Of a stretch of 64,000 bases of DNA, positions 37,156-49,839 are shown piece after piece. Numbering within the stretch: the stretch's first letter is position 1; each line of letters opens with the position of its first letter. The position numbers were made by a program, and so were the translations under genes. Below the pieces are notes generated by a model. That model saw only the letters and a program-made list of their open reading frames with translations. It was not told where the DNA came from and searched no databases. The DNA is from Lama guanicoe. Its lineage: Eukaryota. Location: NCBI GenBank assembly GCA_013239625.1, contig MU053418.1:1-64000 (forward strand), in the 5' to 3' direction.

Positions 37156-38689
37156 TCCCTCCCAGGAAGAGTGTGCTGGTCAGTGTTAACAACTCATTCC
37201 TGGGGAGGGGAGGAGTCCTGGCTTTAGTATCTGCCCATTCAGTGGTGGGAACCATCCCACCATGGCTGAGTTCTAGCCACTCATCTGACTTCACACAGAG
37301 TTGAGAAGAGACAAAGCAATTGTCACCCTCTGGCAGCATGGTAGTTCCAGGTGGTTGTGATGTGAACCTGGGGCCCCAGAACCACTGCTGGAGGCCAACT
37401 GCATGAACTTGTCTACTAGGCAGGCAGATGTGTGGGCGTAAAGCTCGAGAGGGAGGACCTGGGGTGCAGAAAGTGTTTGGGAAACATCAGTGGAGATAAG
37501 AAATCTGACCAGGTCAACACAGGGATGCAAACATCAGTAATAAGCCTTGCTTCCTGCCCCGAAGGAGTGTGCAGTCACTCAGAACCAACCATTGAGGAGA
37601 GAATGGCAGAGGTGCAGAGGGGGTGAGCCCCTCAACCTGGGAAGTTTTCTGGAGGAGGTGGCAGGAGCTGGGTTTTCAAACACAGGAAGGACATTAGGTA
37701 GGTAGAGAAGATGGAGGCCAGTGTCCCAGGCAGAAGGGAAGGCAGAGGGGAGAAAAGAACTAACAACGTCCAGGGGCTGCATGTGGCGGAGCACACTGAT
37801 GGGAGGGGTTAGCAATGTCATGACAGTAGGGGAGGCCAGGGAAGTCAGGTTCAGGTGGGAACTGGGCTCAGAGCGAAGGAATTAAACTTTATTTTCAAAC
37901 CTGTGAGGAATTGGTAAAGAATTGGAAGGAGTGGTGCCTATGATCAAAACTGAAAGGTCATGCTACCTCCTGAATCATCATGCTCTATTTGCTATGAAAT
38001 TTCTTCTGCTTCTCAAACACATCAAGCTATTTGTCACTTCCAGCCTCTTTGTGTGCACTTTCTGCCTAGGACCCTCATGCTTGCTCACCTCTGGGTTGAC
38101 TTCGACAAGGTACTGCCCAAGTGTCACCTCCTCTGAAGGGCCCTCTGGGGCCATGATGTGAGTTAGAACAGTCCCCCTCAGTTCTCTCCATCATAGGGCC
38201 TCCTCCAGTTCCTTGTGAGAGATGGTACAACCACTAACTACAAGGATCTTAGTGGTTTCTGTGGCTGAGTTTAAAATGTGTGCATTTCAACTACAATGTC
38301 AAAAGGAGAACTCAACTTGATTTCCCGCAAATGAAAAAAAAATTTTAATGTATTTAATGGCATTGAACTTTGCTCTCAAGGCCCTATTCTAATGTTCTCC
38401 CAGCTCAGGATACTTGGTCCAATTTAGTAGGCATTTTTCAGAATCGTTTAAACATTCTCTGTCCAGTTTAGAGTTTGACTTCAGTTTTAACAAAAACCCT
38501 CAGTTACTCAGGGTGTCTTCATATTCCTCTTCCCTTGTCTTCCTTTCCAGTGGGCCCCTGGGCAGAGGGAAAGCTTGCACACCACAACCCTTGGAAGGGG
38601 GACTGCAGAGGGGAGAGGCCTGATGCAATGTTTCCAGATGCCAGCCTGTAACCTCTGACAGCCTCAGCTGCAGTGAGGAGGGGCAGGGC

Positions 38690-39265
38690 TTCCAAAATTA
38701 AACACAGAATGACCAATTGATCCAGCAATTCCACTTGTAGAACTAAATTTCCAAAAGAATCGTAACCAGGGTCCATGTTCACAAAAGCATTATTCTCAAC
38801 AGCCTATAGGGGGCAAACAGCACGTGCCCATCTGCAAATGAATGGGGGATCAAGTGTGGTGAATTCATAGAGGAATATTATCCCACCTTGAAAAGGAATT
38901 CAGTTCTAAACTTAGGGTTAGCTGGGGTTAATGTGGGTGCGAAGGTATAACCTGGGTATTTGAAATTTGCTCCTCTTGGGGAGTGATGGAAATGTTAGCT
39001 ACCTTGATTGTGGTGGTGGTGTCATTGCTGTATACAACTATCAAAGTTCATCAAATTATACATCTGAAATAAGTGTCATTTACTGTTCAGGAGTCTACCA
39101 CAATAAAGGTGTTATAAAAAAAAAGAAAAAAATTGACATAATGGTAATGTAAAAAGGAAAAATAGGAATTAAGTTCTGATACCTCCTACAACATGGATGA
39201 ATCTTGAAGACATTATGCTAAGCAAAGTATGCCAGGCTTTGGAAAGGAAAAATATTGCATGATTC
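38690..39265 (+). mobile_element. Old L1 3' fragments
   Basis: gatccagcaattccacttgtag...gatggaaatgttagctaccttgattgtggtggtgg...acaacatggatgaatcttgaagacattatgctaag. Confidence 0.75.
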
Positions 39266-39887
39266 TGTTGCTGGTGGATGTAACTGGTGTTCCAGGTGCT
39301 TGTCCTGTCCCAGAAAGAATTCAGAGACAAGACACAGGGGTTAAAAAAGTCAAGTGAGAATTTATTAAAGAATGGATAGTACACTCCCAGGGGAGAGTGG
39401 GCTGCCTCAGGTGAGGGGCTGCCCTGAGTTTCTTTGGCAAGTTGTTTACATAGGGTGTAAAAATAAATGGGTTGTGTATTACGGAGGGAAGGATCTGGGG
39501 TATATTCCCTGATTTTTATCCCAACTCCACCTTCCCAAAGGGATGAGGGTTTTTTGTCCTTATTTAGCCTGGGTGAGAAGTGTCATGGTGTTGGCTCATG
39601 ATGGGTACTTTTAATCTGGAAGGCTAATTTTATTGAAATGAGGGCATAATGAGCAAAAGGTTACATTCAGATACTGGAAATTCCTGCCTTTCCCCACCTT
39701 TGTTGCTTATCACCCACAAAGTTGTGACCACTTATCAGAGGTTCCTGCTTTTGTCTGCCCAGGGACCCCTGGTGCTCATATAATCTATGGTTTCCTGCAT
39801 TTGGCCTGTGGTCCTCCTTTCTGCCCAAATTTGCCATTTGTTCTGTGTCTTTCTCTGCTCTTATCTAGCTGTGTGCCTGCTCTAACA
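39266..39887 (-). mobile_element. ERV solo LTR, antisense
   Basis: TG...CA ends (tgttg...ctctaaca) and a minus-strand AATAAA at ~39361-39366. It interrupts an L1 fragment. No clear TSD. Confidence 0.65.
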
Positions 39888-40842
39888 TCACTGCAGGACT
39901 TCTCACCAGCCTGAGCATTGGCAGGGAAGGAGCGGGTGGCGAGAGCCCCCAGGACTCCCAGCCAGGGCTGTGAGCCCTGTGCTAGAGAAGGTGGCACAGT
40001 CCTTGCCATGTGCCCAGGGTGGGGGTTGGGAGGGACTTCTGGTGCTTTTTACACCCAAGTATTCTCCAGAGTAGTGTTTTTCCCCACAGCCCTGTTCAGG
40101 GCATGAGTTTGGGGCCACACACGGTTTGGGATGGGAAGTGAGGGGCTGACAGCTGGTAGTGGTGCTCAAGATGGGCCGGTCGCCCCACCATCTACATTCT
40201 ACAGTGGGGCCAGGGCAGGCTCTGGGTGCATCTTAATAAACTGTAACAGGCAGCAGCTCCTAACCTGTGTCCATCGTTGCCGTGACCCACGGGCGAGCCA
40301 CACCCAGGCAGGCCCTGTGTAGCTGGGAATCCCCCACCCCACTGATATGGGCCTGGTGCCCAGAGCGGGGTTCCTGGATGCAGGAAGGCCTGGGTGAGCT
40401 GCCCTTGTCCGGCCAGATGGGGGATCTTGTGCCTGCAGATTTTAGCTGGAAAACCTCAATGAGATGAGCTCCAAGCAGTGGCAGAGAGAAGCCTTGTGCC
40501 TCCCTGACCCACCCCCACTTCTACGGCCTCCTCACCCAGCCTCAAGGCCTTGCCCTCCCCCAGGGTTGTCCTCACTGAAATGAGTTCAGCTCCATCTTTC
40601 CTGTTACCTTTTTGTTCCTGGAAACTTTGCCTATTAAGTGTGAAGCTCATGGATTTTGCAAATAAAGTAGGCTGTCAGGAACGAAGCTGTTGTCACAGAG
40701 CCCAGAATTAGAGAAATGGTTAAACTGCACCAAACGACCTCAAAGAAAGGGGTAGGACTTCCTGAGGACAAGACTGATGGGGAGTGGGAGGGCTGTGGGT
40801 CTAGGAGTTCAGGTTGGGGGATGGGGTCTGGGAGAAAACGGC

Positions 40843-41198
40843 ATGCTCCCTTCATGTCTCTGTGTCACACTCTGCTAATTCTCACAATATTTCATACTTT
40901 GCATTACTGTTTCACTTGTTATGATAATTTGTGATCAGTGATCCTTGATGTTACCATTACAAAAAGACTGCAAGTTGCTGAAGGCTCATATATGATAGTT
41001 AGCATTTTTTAGAAATAGAGTATTTTTTTTATTAAGGCAAGTACACTTTTTTTTTTCTGATGTAACACTATGGCACACTTTATAGACTATGGTGTGAATA
41101 TAACTGTTACATGACTGGAAAACCAAAAAACTTGTGAGTCACTTTACTTTATTGTAGTGGTCCAAAACCAAGCCCACAGTGACTCTGAGGTGTGCCTG
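40843..41198 (+). mobile_element. Tigger1 DNA transposon 3' part
   Basis: gtgatcagtgatccttgatgttac...gctgaaggctca...ttagcatttttt...ttgtagtggtccaaaacc...ctgaggtgtgcctg followed by TA. Confidence 0.85.
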
Positions 41199-41209
41199 TA
41201 ACAGGCTTG

Positions 41210-44150
41210 TTATTTAGCCCTCTAAGTCCTGTAGACTGACTTTGCCATTTTCAGATTGACATAGCTGTTGGTGGTCACTTAATCTGCATATACATTTTAC
41301 ATTCAGACTTGCTGATTTCCAACAAAACCAGCTGTTGGATGGTGATTAGGGCAGCACTAACTGAACCAATCTTGGGAGAAATCAGCCTTCAAAGTCATCA
41401 AAAGTCCTTTTTGTCTTTTCTCAATTTTGTGATGCAGTGTTTAGATTTCTAGAACTGCTTTAGGCCAGTTATAAATGTAACAGCAATGTGACACAGTATT
41501 TAAAATGCACATATTTGAATTGTACGTGATACAATTTAACAGATATAAATGTGTAACCATCACAATATAGTGAACCTACCCATCACCTCCAAGGATCTCT
41601 GCCCTTTATTGCCCGACATCCAGTGACTTGAAAATAATGATTTTTGTTTCATTTTACCCAATTTTGTCAGGCAGGAGGGTAAGTCTGGCCCATGCTACCC
41701 GATCCAAAAAGGATACAATTGTCCTGGTATCAATTTTTCTATTTGTTGGTTATACACAAAAATATGATTTTTATATGGTCAGTTTGCTAAATTCACTTAT
41801 TTCTAGTAACTCCACAGATTTTTTTTTAACTTTTTGATGAATACAATGGTATCACCGGGAAATGAGTTTTACTTCCACCTTAACAGTTTTTATACCTTTT
41901 TTTTTGATCTTTTTGGCATTAACTGACCTGACCAAGATGGAGCTTTCAGTCCAATGTTGAATACAAATGGTGGTAACAAGCCTTCTTGTCTCATTATTAG
42001 TATCAGGAAGAAACAGTTCAGTATTTATCTGCTTAGTATGGTTTTTATTTGCTAGTTTTGTTTTTAATGAAATTTCCTTTCATTCCTAGTTTAGTTTTTT
42101 TTTTTCAATCATGAAGGTGTGTAAAGTGTTTCCAAATGTTTTCTGTGTCTATTGAGATTCTAACGTGGCTTCACTTGTCTTTTTCTACTAATGTGTTAGG
42201 CTACATCAATTAACTTAAATGTTCACACATTTACTTTGAAATGACTTCAGACTTTAAGTCACAGGCAGTGTACAAAAAACTCAGATTTCCCCAACTGTGC
42301 ACTGCATTTCCTCCAGGTCCCTCACACACTTGCTTGCACTCCTACCTCTACACTCACTCACACACATTCCTCTTTCTCTAAAGTATTTGAAAACAACCTG
42401 CAGACATGAGACTCTATTTCCCCTAAATACTGGTGTATTTCCCCCAAACAAAAACACTCACCTACTAAACCAAGTCAGGAAATAGACGCTATCATTCAAC
42501 CCACACACTCTGAATTATGCCAAATGTTCTATTTTTCCTTTTTGTTTTCTTGTCAAGTATCTTCAGCCTCCTTCAATCTGGAAGTCTTTTCCTTTTATGT
42601 CCTTGCCACTTTAAACACAGGCTTTCCATTCTGTGAAAGAACCTTTCAAGTAGGTTCATCTAATGTTTCCTCATGAGCACACTGGCCACGCGTCCTCAGC
42701 AGGAACACAGCACGAGTGACGCTGGGTCTTCTCAGTGCATCTCATCAGGGGGTACAACACGCTGACGTGCTCTGCTGCTGAAGTGAATTTTGATCATCTG
42801 ATTATGCTGGTGTCTGCCAGGTTTATGATAAAATCACAATTTTCACCTTTGTAGTTGTTTAGTATTTTGTGGGGAAATATTTGGAGATTATGCCAACATC
42901 CTGTCCATCAAACCTTTACCCACAAACTCTAGCCTGCATTGTCAACAACGTACTGAATCAACCACCAATATGACAGTTACATTGTGTTTTTCTATTGCCA
43001 TTGTTCCTCCTACATTTATTAGCTGGCATTGTATAAAGCTTTCCTTTGTTTATGGACTCAAATATTTGTATCAGTACAAATTAATGGATTCCCATTTTGT
43101 CTCTTGCATTATGATGCTGTTCATTTGTTTTGTTCAAATTGTCTCAAACTTGGCCAGTGGAAGCTGTAAAAGATGGTTCTTTTGTTCTTTTAACATGTCT
43201 CCATAATTCTTTGACATTTTATTGTCTAATAGCTAAGATGATTCAGGATCATCTTGTATTTCTCCCCATCTCTGACTTTCAATAAGCCATCACTTCAGAG
43301 ACCTGGTCTTTTATTGGTGGGAGGATAGTATTTAAAATTAACCCCCTGGCACCTGGTGTGCTCAACGCTACTGGGGTGTCACTGTGTTTAGGCCCTCTCA
43401 GCACCCAGATCCAAAACACACCCACAAGCACTACTCGATTTGTGTGCTTAAAATCTGAATTACATTCCAACACTTTAGGTGGTTTTTTAGCTTTCCTCTT
43501 CTGTGTTTACAGATACCATCTCCAACAGTGAGAAACCTGGCTCTCACCACCCTCAGTACATTTACTTATCTGCCCAGTGTTACCAGCATCTCAGCCCTGC
43601 TGATCATGTCTTCCATCTGCCCTCAGCAGTTCTGATGCAAGGGGGCACATCACCTCCACACCTTACTCATCCCCCATGTCAGGGCTGTTCTGACTCCCAC
43701 TCTAGCACAGGCAAGCAGGAGAGAATTGTACAAATTGCAAGGGAGAAGGCAGAATCTGAGAGGAAGGGGAATAGAAGGCCAAATCAAGTGATTTTAAATA
43801 TTAAATCCATCCCTTGATTCCTCTAATAAATATCATTTAGTCAAGACAGGTTATCCATTGATATGTCTGAATTTTTTTTTAATTATTTGTAAGATAGTGG
43901 AATGTAACTTTACTTTCCTGAAATCTCTTACAGGTTTTGGTATCAATGTTGTACTAGCCTCATCAAATGAACAGGAAAACCCCCATCATCCGTTCTCTGG
44001 AAAAGCTTATAAAAGCTTGGTACTATTTCTTTAAATATTTGGAATAACTGGAGTGAAGTCATCTGTTCCTATGAGTTTTCTTTCTGGGAGATATTTTAAA
44101 TATGAGTCAGGAATTGTTTGCAGTTTTGGTAAGGTATGGTCTACCTCTGG
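41210..44150 (-). mobile_element. Patchwork of old antisense L1 (L1M) fragments
   Basis: T-rich antisense ORF2/3' UTR motifs, e.g. ccaatgttgaatacaaatggtggtaacaagccttcttgtc and ggttttggtatcaatgttgtactagcctcatcaaatgaa. Confidence 0.65.
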
Positions 44151-44809
44151 TATGACCCTGCACTGTCACTGAGCACAAACTGAGAGCACGCTCACCAAGG
44201 GCCCATCCTGCTGGCAGTTCCTGAATTCTATTCATTTTTCCCTCAGTAATGGAAGGAAAATTAATTGTGCTTTTCAGCTTAGGTATTCAGATTCCTGCCC
44301 TGCGTCAGTCTTCTGAAAATCCTGAGAAACTGGCCATGGGTTTGAAGTCTCCCATGTTTCAAAAATTTTCACTCCAGCCTTGACTGCCAGAGTTCTGCTG
44401 GGCTCTGGTTTCTGGTCTCCCTGCACCCTGCATCTCCCCTGCCCTGCCACCGAGTCATAACCCTCTGCCCAAGCCAAGCTCAATATTCAGGCTCCTCCCT
44501 GTAGCCAGAACTGGCAAGCGCTCCCAGGTAAAACAGCTACATTTTCCCATTTACTTTCTTTCACACCCTTCCTGGATTTTACCATACCAGCCCTCTTTGC
44601 TTTGCAACAACAGGTTGTATTTAAATACATTTTCTGTGAACTGCCTTTCTAGTTGTCCTTAGCGAGAGCACTGGTCTGCTGAAAGCTACTGTATGTAGCC
44701 TACCGAGTAGTAGGATATATTTGTGCCTTTTGAAGCTCCATACTTGACAATGTGTATGTTTGTACATGAATTTTTGCTTTTAAAAAATCATTGTATCACA
44801 TGTGAGAAG

Positions 44810-45270
44810 TGTTAAGTATGTGGGGAAATAAAGTTGGGTGCAGTAAGTCACTCACAGCAGGATGACAGCTGGCCAAACTGGTAAGACACTGGCAGGGCAG
44901 AAACCACCTACGTTCTATACTCACCCACTTCTGCTACAGCTAGTAAGCTGCATTCAAGGCAACGTACCTTGTGCCTTCAATCCACCACTTCCAGACAAGA
45001 CACTCAAAATTAGTCTGCCCCAGAATTACTTTAAAAATCCTGCTGGCAGGCTCCTGTCCTATGTATGTCACCAAGACCAGGATCGCTCTCTCTGCCTGGA
45101 CATCAGAATGTCTTCTTGTTCGTGAGTCCCCTGCAAAAACCTTTCCTTATTTCACATATACCTGAGCAATAAATCTCTGAATTGTTTACAACTGCTGCCT
45201 CCAGGTCTCATCTAATACCTTAAATTGAAAGGAACAGCACACCGGGCAATGGGCCAGATTGTATTTTAAC
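44810..45270 (+). mobile_element. Probable ERV1-type solo LTR
   Basis: tgttaa...ttaaca termini, with AATAAA at 45168-45173 followed by a U5-like tail. No TSD was found. Confidence 0.5.
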
Positions 45271-45832
45271 AAGGCAAAGTACTAAAATCAAAACCACATT
45301 GCCTAAATTGCTGGACACTGCAATTGAACACCTCTGATGTATGATAAACTTAAGTTTAACTTAAGGCTTCCATTCACTTAAAAGTATTTTTCTAGTAACT
45401 ACTATCTGATATCCACTGAGATGCCACTTCAAGTATTTCACACAACCCCAATAAAATACCACCTCATAGTAAATGTTTTCCTGTAATTTCCTATAGCTTG
45501 TACATTTTCTCCAGCTTATGAGTAAAGACTTCCCTACAAATGCTAATAGAGGTTTCTACCCTATTTGATTTCTCTGATGTTTAGTAAGTTGTGGCTTTGG
45601 GCAAAAGGTGCCCTGTATTCATTCAACAATAGGTTTTCTCCACTCTGAGCTTTCTCGCATACTGTATGGTCCAAATTCCAGTAGAAAATTTTCCAATGTC
45701 CAGAATATCTTCATGTGATTTTCTCCCCTCTAGATGTTGTCTGCTCTGTATTGTGAGAACTGATTTTAGATCAAAGGTGTTCTCAAAATCATTATATTAA
45801 TAGATTTTCCTCTCCACTATGTGTTCTTTGTT

Positions 45833-47295
45833 CTATAAACTCTGGACTTCAACAGAGTGATTTCCCTCATTTATTATATTTATAGAGTTTCTCAAATGTG
45901 TTCTCTGATGTACAGTGAGTTTTGACTTCACATAGAATGACTTTCCACAAACATTACATTCATAGGGTTTCTCCCCTGTGTGTATTCTATGATGTGCAAT
46001 GAGTTTGGACTTCACACAGAATGATTTTCCACATTCATTACATTCGTAGGGTTTCTGTCTTATGTGAGTTCTCTCATGAACAATTAGGGCTGACTTCTGA
46101 CGAAAGTTTTTCCCACATTCATTACATCCAAAAGGCTTCTCTCCTGTGTGTCTCCTCTGATGTTCTATGAAACCTGAGAAGTAGCAGAAAAATTTTCCAC
46201 ATTCAACACATTCATAGGGCTTCTCACCTGTGTGAGTTCTCAAATGTTTAGAGAGAGTTGACTTCTCAGAGAAGGATTTTCCACATGCATTACATTCATA
46301 AGGCTTTTCCCCTGTGTGAGTTCTCTGATGTTTAATGAGATCTGATTTTCGGAGAAAGGCTTTCCCACATTCACAGCACTCATAGGGCTTCTCCCCTGTG
46401 TGTGTTTTCTGATGTACAGTAAGGACTGACTTAAATGAGAAGGATTTCCCACACTCACGGCATTCATATGGTTTCTCTCCTGTGTGTGTCCTGTGATGCT
46501 GGGTGAGAGTTGACTTTTCACTGAAGGATTTCCCACATTCCTGACATTCGTAAGGTTTCTCCCCTGTATGAATTCTCTGATGTTTAATGAGGTCTGAATT
46601 CTTGTAGAAAGTCTTCCCACATTCTTGACATTCACAGGATTTGTCCCCCGTGTGGGTTCTCTGATGTCTTGTGTGGGCTGACTTCTGGTTGAAGGTTTTT
46701 CCACATTCATGACATTCATAAGGTTTTTCTCCTGTGTGTATGCTCTGTTGTAAACCAAAGATTAGCTTTTCACTGAAAAAGTTTCCATATTCACTATATT
46801 CAATTATATTGTCAATTGAGTGGGTTCTCTGAATTTGAATGAGGTTTGACTTCTGGTTCAAAGGGTGAACACTGTGTTCAAAAAGAAAGGGTTCCTCGAA
46901 GAAATGTTCTCCACATTTATTAAATTCATAGTGATTATCTTCTGGATGTGTTCTTTGATGAGCAATGAGAGACGACATATCACAGAAGTTTTCACCACAT
47001 TCAGTGTATTCACAGGTGTTCTGTCCTGTGTAAGGTTTCTCATGTATAACGAAGAGTGAATTTTCATGGAAAGCTTTCCTACATTCATTGTATTCAAAAG
47101 GTTGCTCCAAAACTTGAATTTTCTGATGCTGAACAGAGTCTTCATTAAGAAAGAGGCCATTCCCATTTTTATTATATTCATAAGGTTTCTCTTCAGAATG
47201 AATTTTTTCATGTTTGTCACCATGGAGCCATTTTTTACCTTTGTTAAACTCATCAAACTTGTTTCTTGAATAGTTTTCACTGCTATTAATTAATT
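45833..47295 (-). CDS. ZNF37A: ZNF37A final coding exon: spacer, degenerate fingers and 10 intact C2H2 fingers
   Basis: Open frame from tatttcag|AATTAATT ([10 protein letters not shown]...). Fingers [80 protein letters not shown] and the tail [13 protein letters not shown] match human ZNF37A as recalled. Confidence 0.92.
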
Positions 47296-48099
47296 CTGAA
47301 ATATAAAGAGAGTGACACAAAAGATTAGCTGACAAGGATATTTAGAGGAAACAGCATTAGATCTGGGGGAGTTCATCAGTTTAGGTCATGATCTCTCATG
47401 CCTAGAATATGACAACAGTGTCTACAAATCCAGTCACATCTTCTCTCCTAGTCTACCTAGCAGAAATAAATCAATGCTCTAAAAGCTCTAATTCACAAAA
47501 GAACAGTACAAAAACCCAAGCTTTAATTCTTTCTACTTCTGGTTCATGAGGAATAAAAATATGCAAACAAGAGCAAAATCAAAGAGTGGACAAACCATTC
47601 TTGCCACAGGATCGGACTGCACAGCTCTACCCTAGTTGTGGTATTTTCCCTTTATTTCATCAGCACTGGTCAGCAGTGGACCTCTCCTGACCATCAAACC
47701 CCATTTCAATGCTTTCTGGCTTTTGCCCAAACAAATCTCACCTGATTTAGTATCAGTATTCAATCCTGCTTTTATATACATGTTTCAACATCTCTACATA
47801 TCATGAAAACAAAACCTTAAGGGATAAAATTCTAAACCTGGTTCCAGAAATTTCATTTACCTTTAAGATTTTTGGTTATGCAGGACTGTTTTTACTCCTC
47901 TGCTATCTACAATAATCTACTTCCTTGAGTTCAATAGCCTAAGAACTGATAATACATATTTTTTTAAACATATCACTGAAACAAATATATCATTATATCT
48001 GGATTCAGATCAGAATCAAGCCATCATTTTACAAATCTAGAATAAATATATTTTTCCAGGTAAGCCCAGCTGTTTGTCCCCCATAAATTGCTTTTTCTC

Positions 48100-49810
48100 A
48101 TCCACTGTCACCCACTCTTAGCTGTTCCTCTGGTCCTGCCTCCTCTATGTGTTCCAGGCCAGCCACCTTCAGATGTACTGACATATGGAACTCTCTGGTT
48201 CTGGTGTGTTGGGCAAGCAGGATGTGTTGAGTTACAGTTGTTTTACTGGTTGTAGGTTGAAGGGGAGAGACAAAATGAATATCTCACACTGCCATGATGC
48301 TGACATCACTCAAAGGGGTAATTTTTAAGAATAGCTTTGTGTTATTTTGTGGCTACTACATCACAATATATGGTAAAAATCAATTTGGAATAAGTCCTAG
48401 AGATGGTCATCCCAATCAGGGAAAGAAGTGTTTGTGGTGAAACCTTAGTGTCCGTATCCAGACTCTTACACTACTGGAGATAGAGCAAGCCCCCATGATG
48501 GATAATTTTTGCTTATGGGGACTTCAGAAGGCTTAGAAATGATTTTTACCTGAGGGAAGGCAGTATACAAAGAAGACAGCATAACCAGGGCAGTCTTGAG
48601 AGGGAGATACACTTTAGGAGATGCCTTTTGGAAGAGTAATGCTGTTTGCTAATGAGCAAATGAGTTAAAATGAGCTAATGAGTTACAATCTGATGTCTGA
48701 CCCATCAGAGGCTGATAATGGGTCTCTAGGCTGTTGCACCTTCAGTGTTTCAACTTGGGATCTATGACTGACAACATGAAAAAGACTTTTAAAAAGAAAA
48801 CCCTGCAAGTAAAGCCTTGCTGGCCAGCAAAATAATCATCTAATGCCTGGAGTCACAGAGGTCTTCCCTAACTGCCTTCTCTGCTCTGGCCTTAAGCTTT
48901 GCCAATCTGAAAGCAGGTGTGGTCATCCTGCTCAATGGCAGAACTCTGACAATGTTGAAAAACATCCCTGTGGCGCTATAAGCTAGGGAAATACCATGGA
49001 TCCTGGCAAAACTGTCTGCATCCCTTGTTACCATGTGAAAGGCTTGTTCTAATAGCCTGTACAACCAAAATTACAGAGGCTGCCTGAACTCTTAGTTTGT
49101 GATTCCTGTGGAAGACACAAGGTAGTGGGGAGGGCCACCCATTTCTGGGAGAGTATCAAATATGGATTTAACCCCTTCTAGAGGATATCTCACCACTATT
49201 GACTTTTCAACATTGAGGAAGAATTAGTCTGATTCTATTTTCCTCACTTCTTTCTCGGCACGCATACCTCAGCAAGGCAGTCTTATTAAATGCTTCTGTC
49301 TTCAGAATTGGATGGTCTCTGGACTACTAACTGGGTATGATGAGGCCAAAAAAGGTGTGTGTTGGGAGGGGGCAGTATATAGACATATGTTTTGAAATTT
49401 TTGAAAATTCAAGATCTTATCCTGACCCTGATGACATCCTTGGTATAAAGCTGGAAACAATGCTTTTTTTTCCCTCCCTGAAGAAATTTATTTACATACC
49501 AAAAGGTTAGAGAGAGAACTCAGGATCCTCCAAGGAAACAAAGGTTTTTATCTCTCCTTTGAAAAGAGGAGGGGGATGAGCTACCTCTCTCTCTTCTATA
49601 GAAACATGGCCAGATTCATTTTGTGAGTGTTCTTCACCTACAACATTAACTTTGCATGCATGTGTAGGACACTTGGCTTCTGTCTCATTGCACCAAGAGT
49701 AACATATTAAGGTATGTCAGAACCACAGTTATTACTTGGCTTTAAGTAAATAATAATTCATCTGTACTGTTCCAGAAACTACATGTATTGTATTTATGAT
49801 AATATTAACA
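48100..49810 (+). mobile_element. Possible old ERV1-class internal (env-side) remnant plus LTR
   Basis: General resemblance only: a purine-rich stretch near 49340 followed by an LTR-like segment ending ...attaaca. No intact ORF. Confidence 0.35.
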
Positions 49811-49839
49811 AAGATAAATATTAAAAACTTAACAGTCTG

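Noticed and set aside
45900..46750. 84-bp periodic repeats as a CRISPR-like array
   Set aside because: The periodicity is explained by TGEKPY-linked C2H2 fingers in a mammalian gene.
46240..47280. Additional ORFs overlapping the zinc-finger exon
   Set aside because: Shifted-frame or antisense shadows of the periodic C2H2 coding sequence.
47296..47335. N-terminal [13 protein letters not shown] of the 500-aa ORF
   Set aside because: Intronic polypyrimidine tract upstream of the acceptor at 47295. The real N-terminus comes from the KRAB exons.
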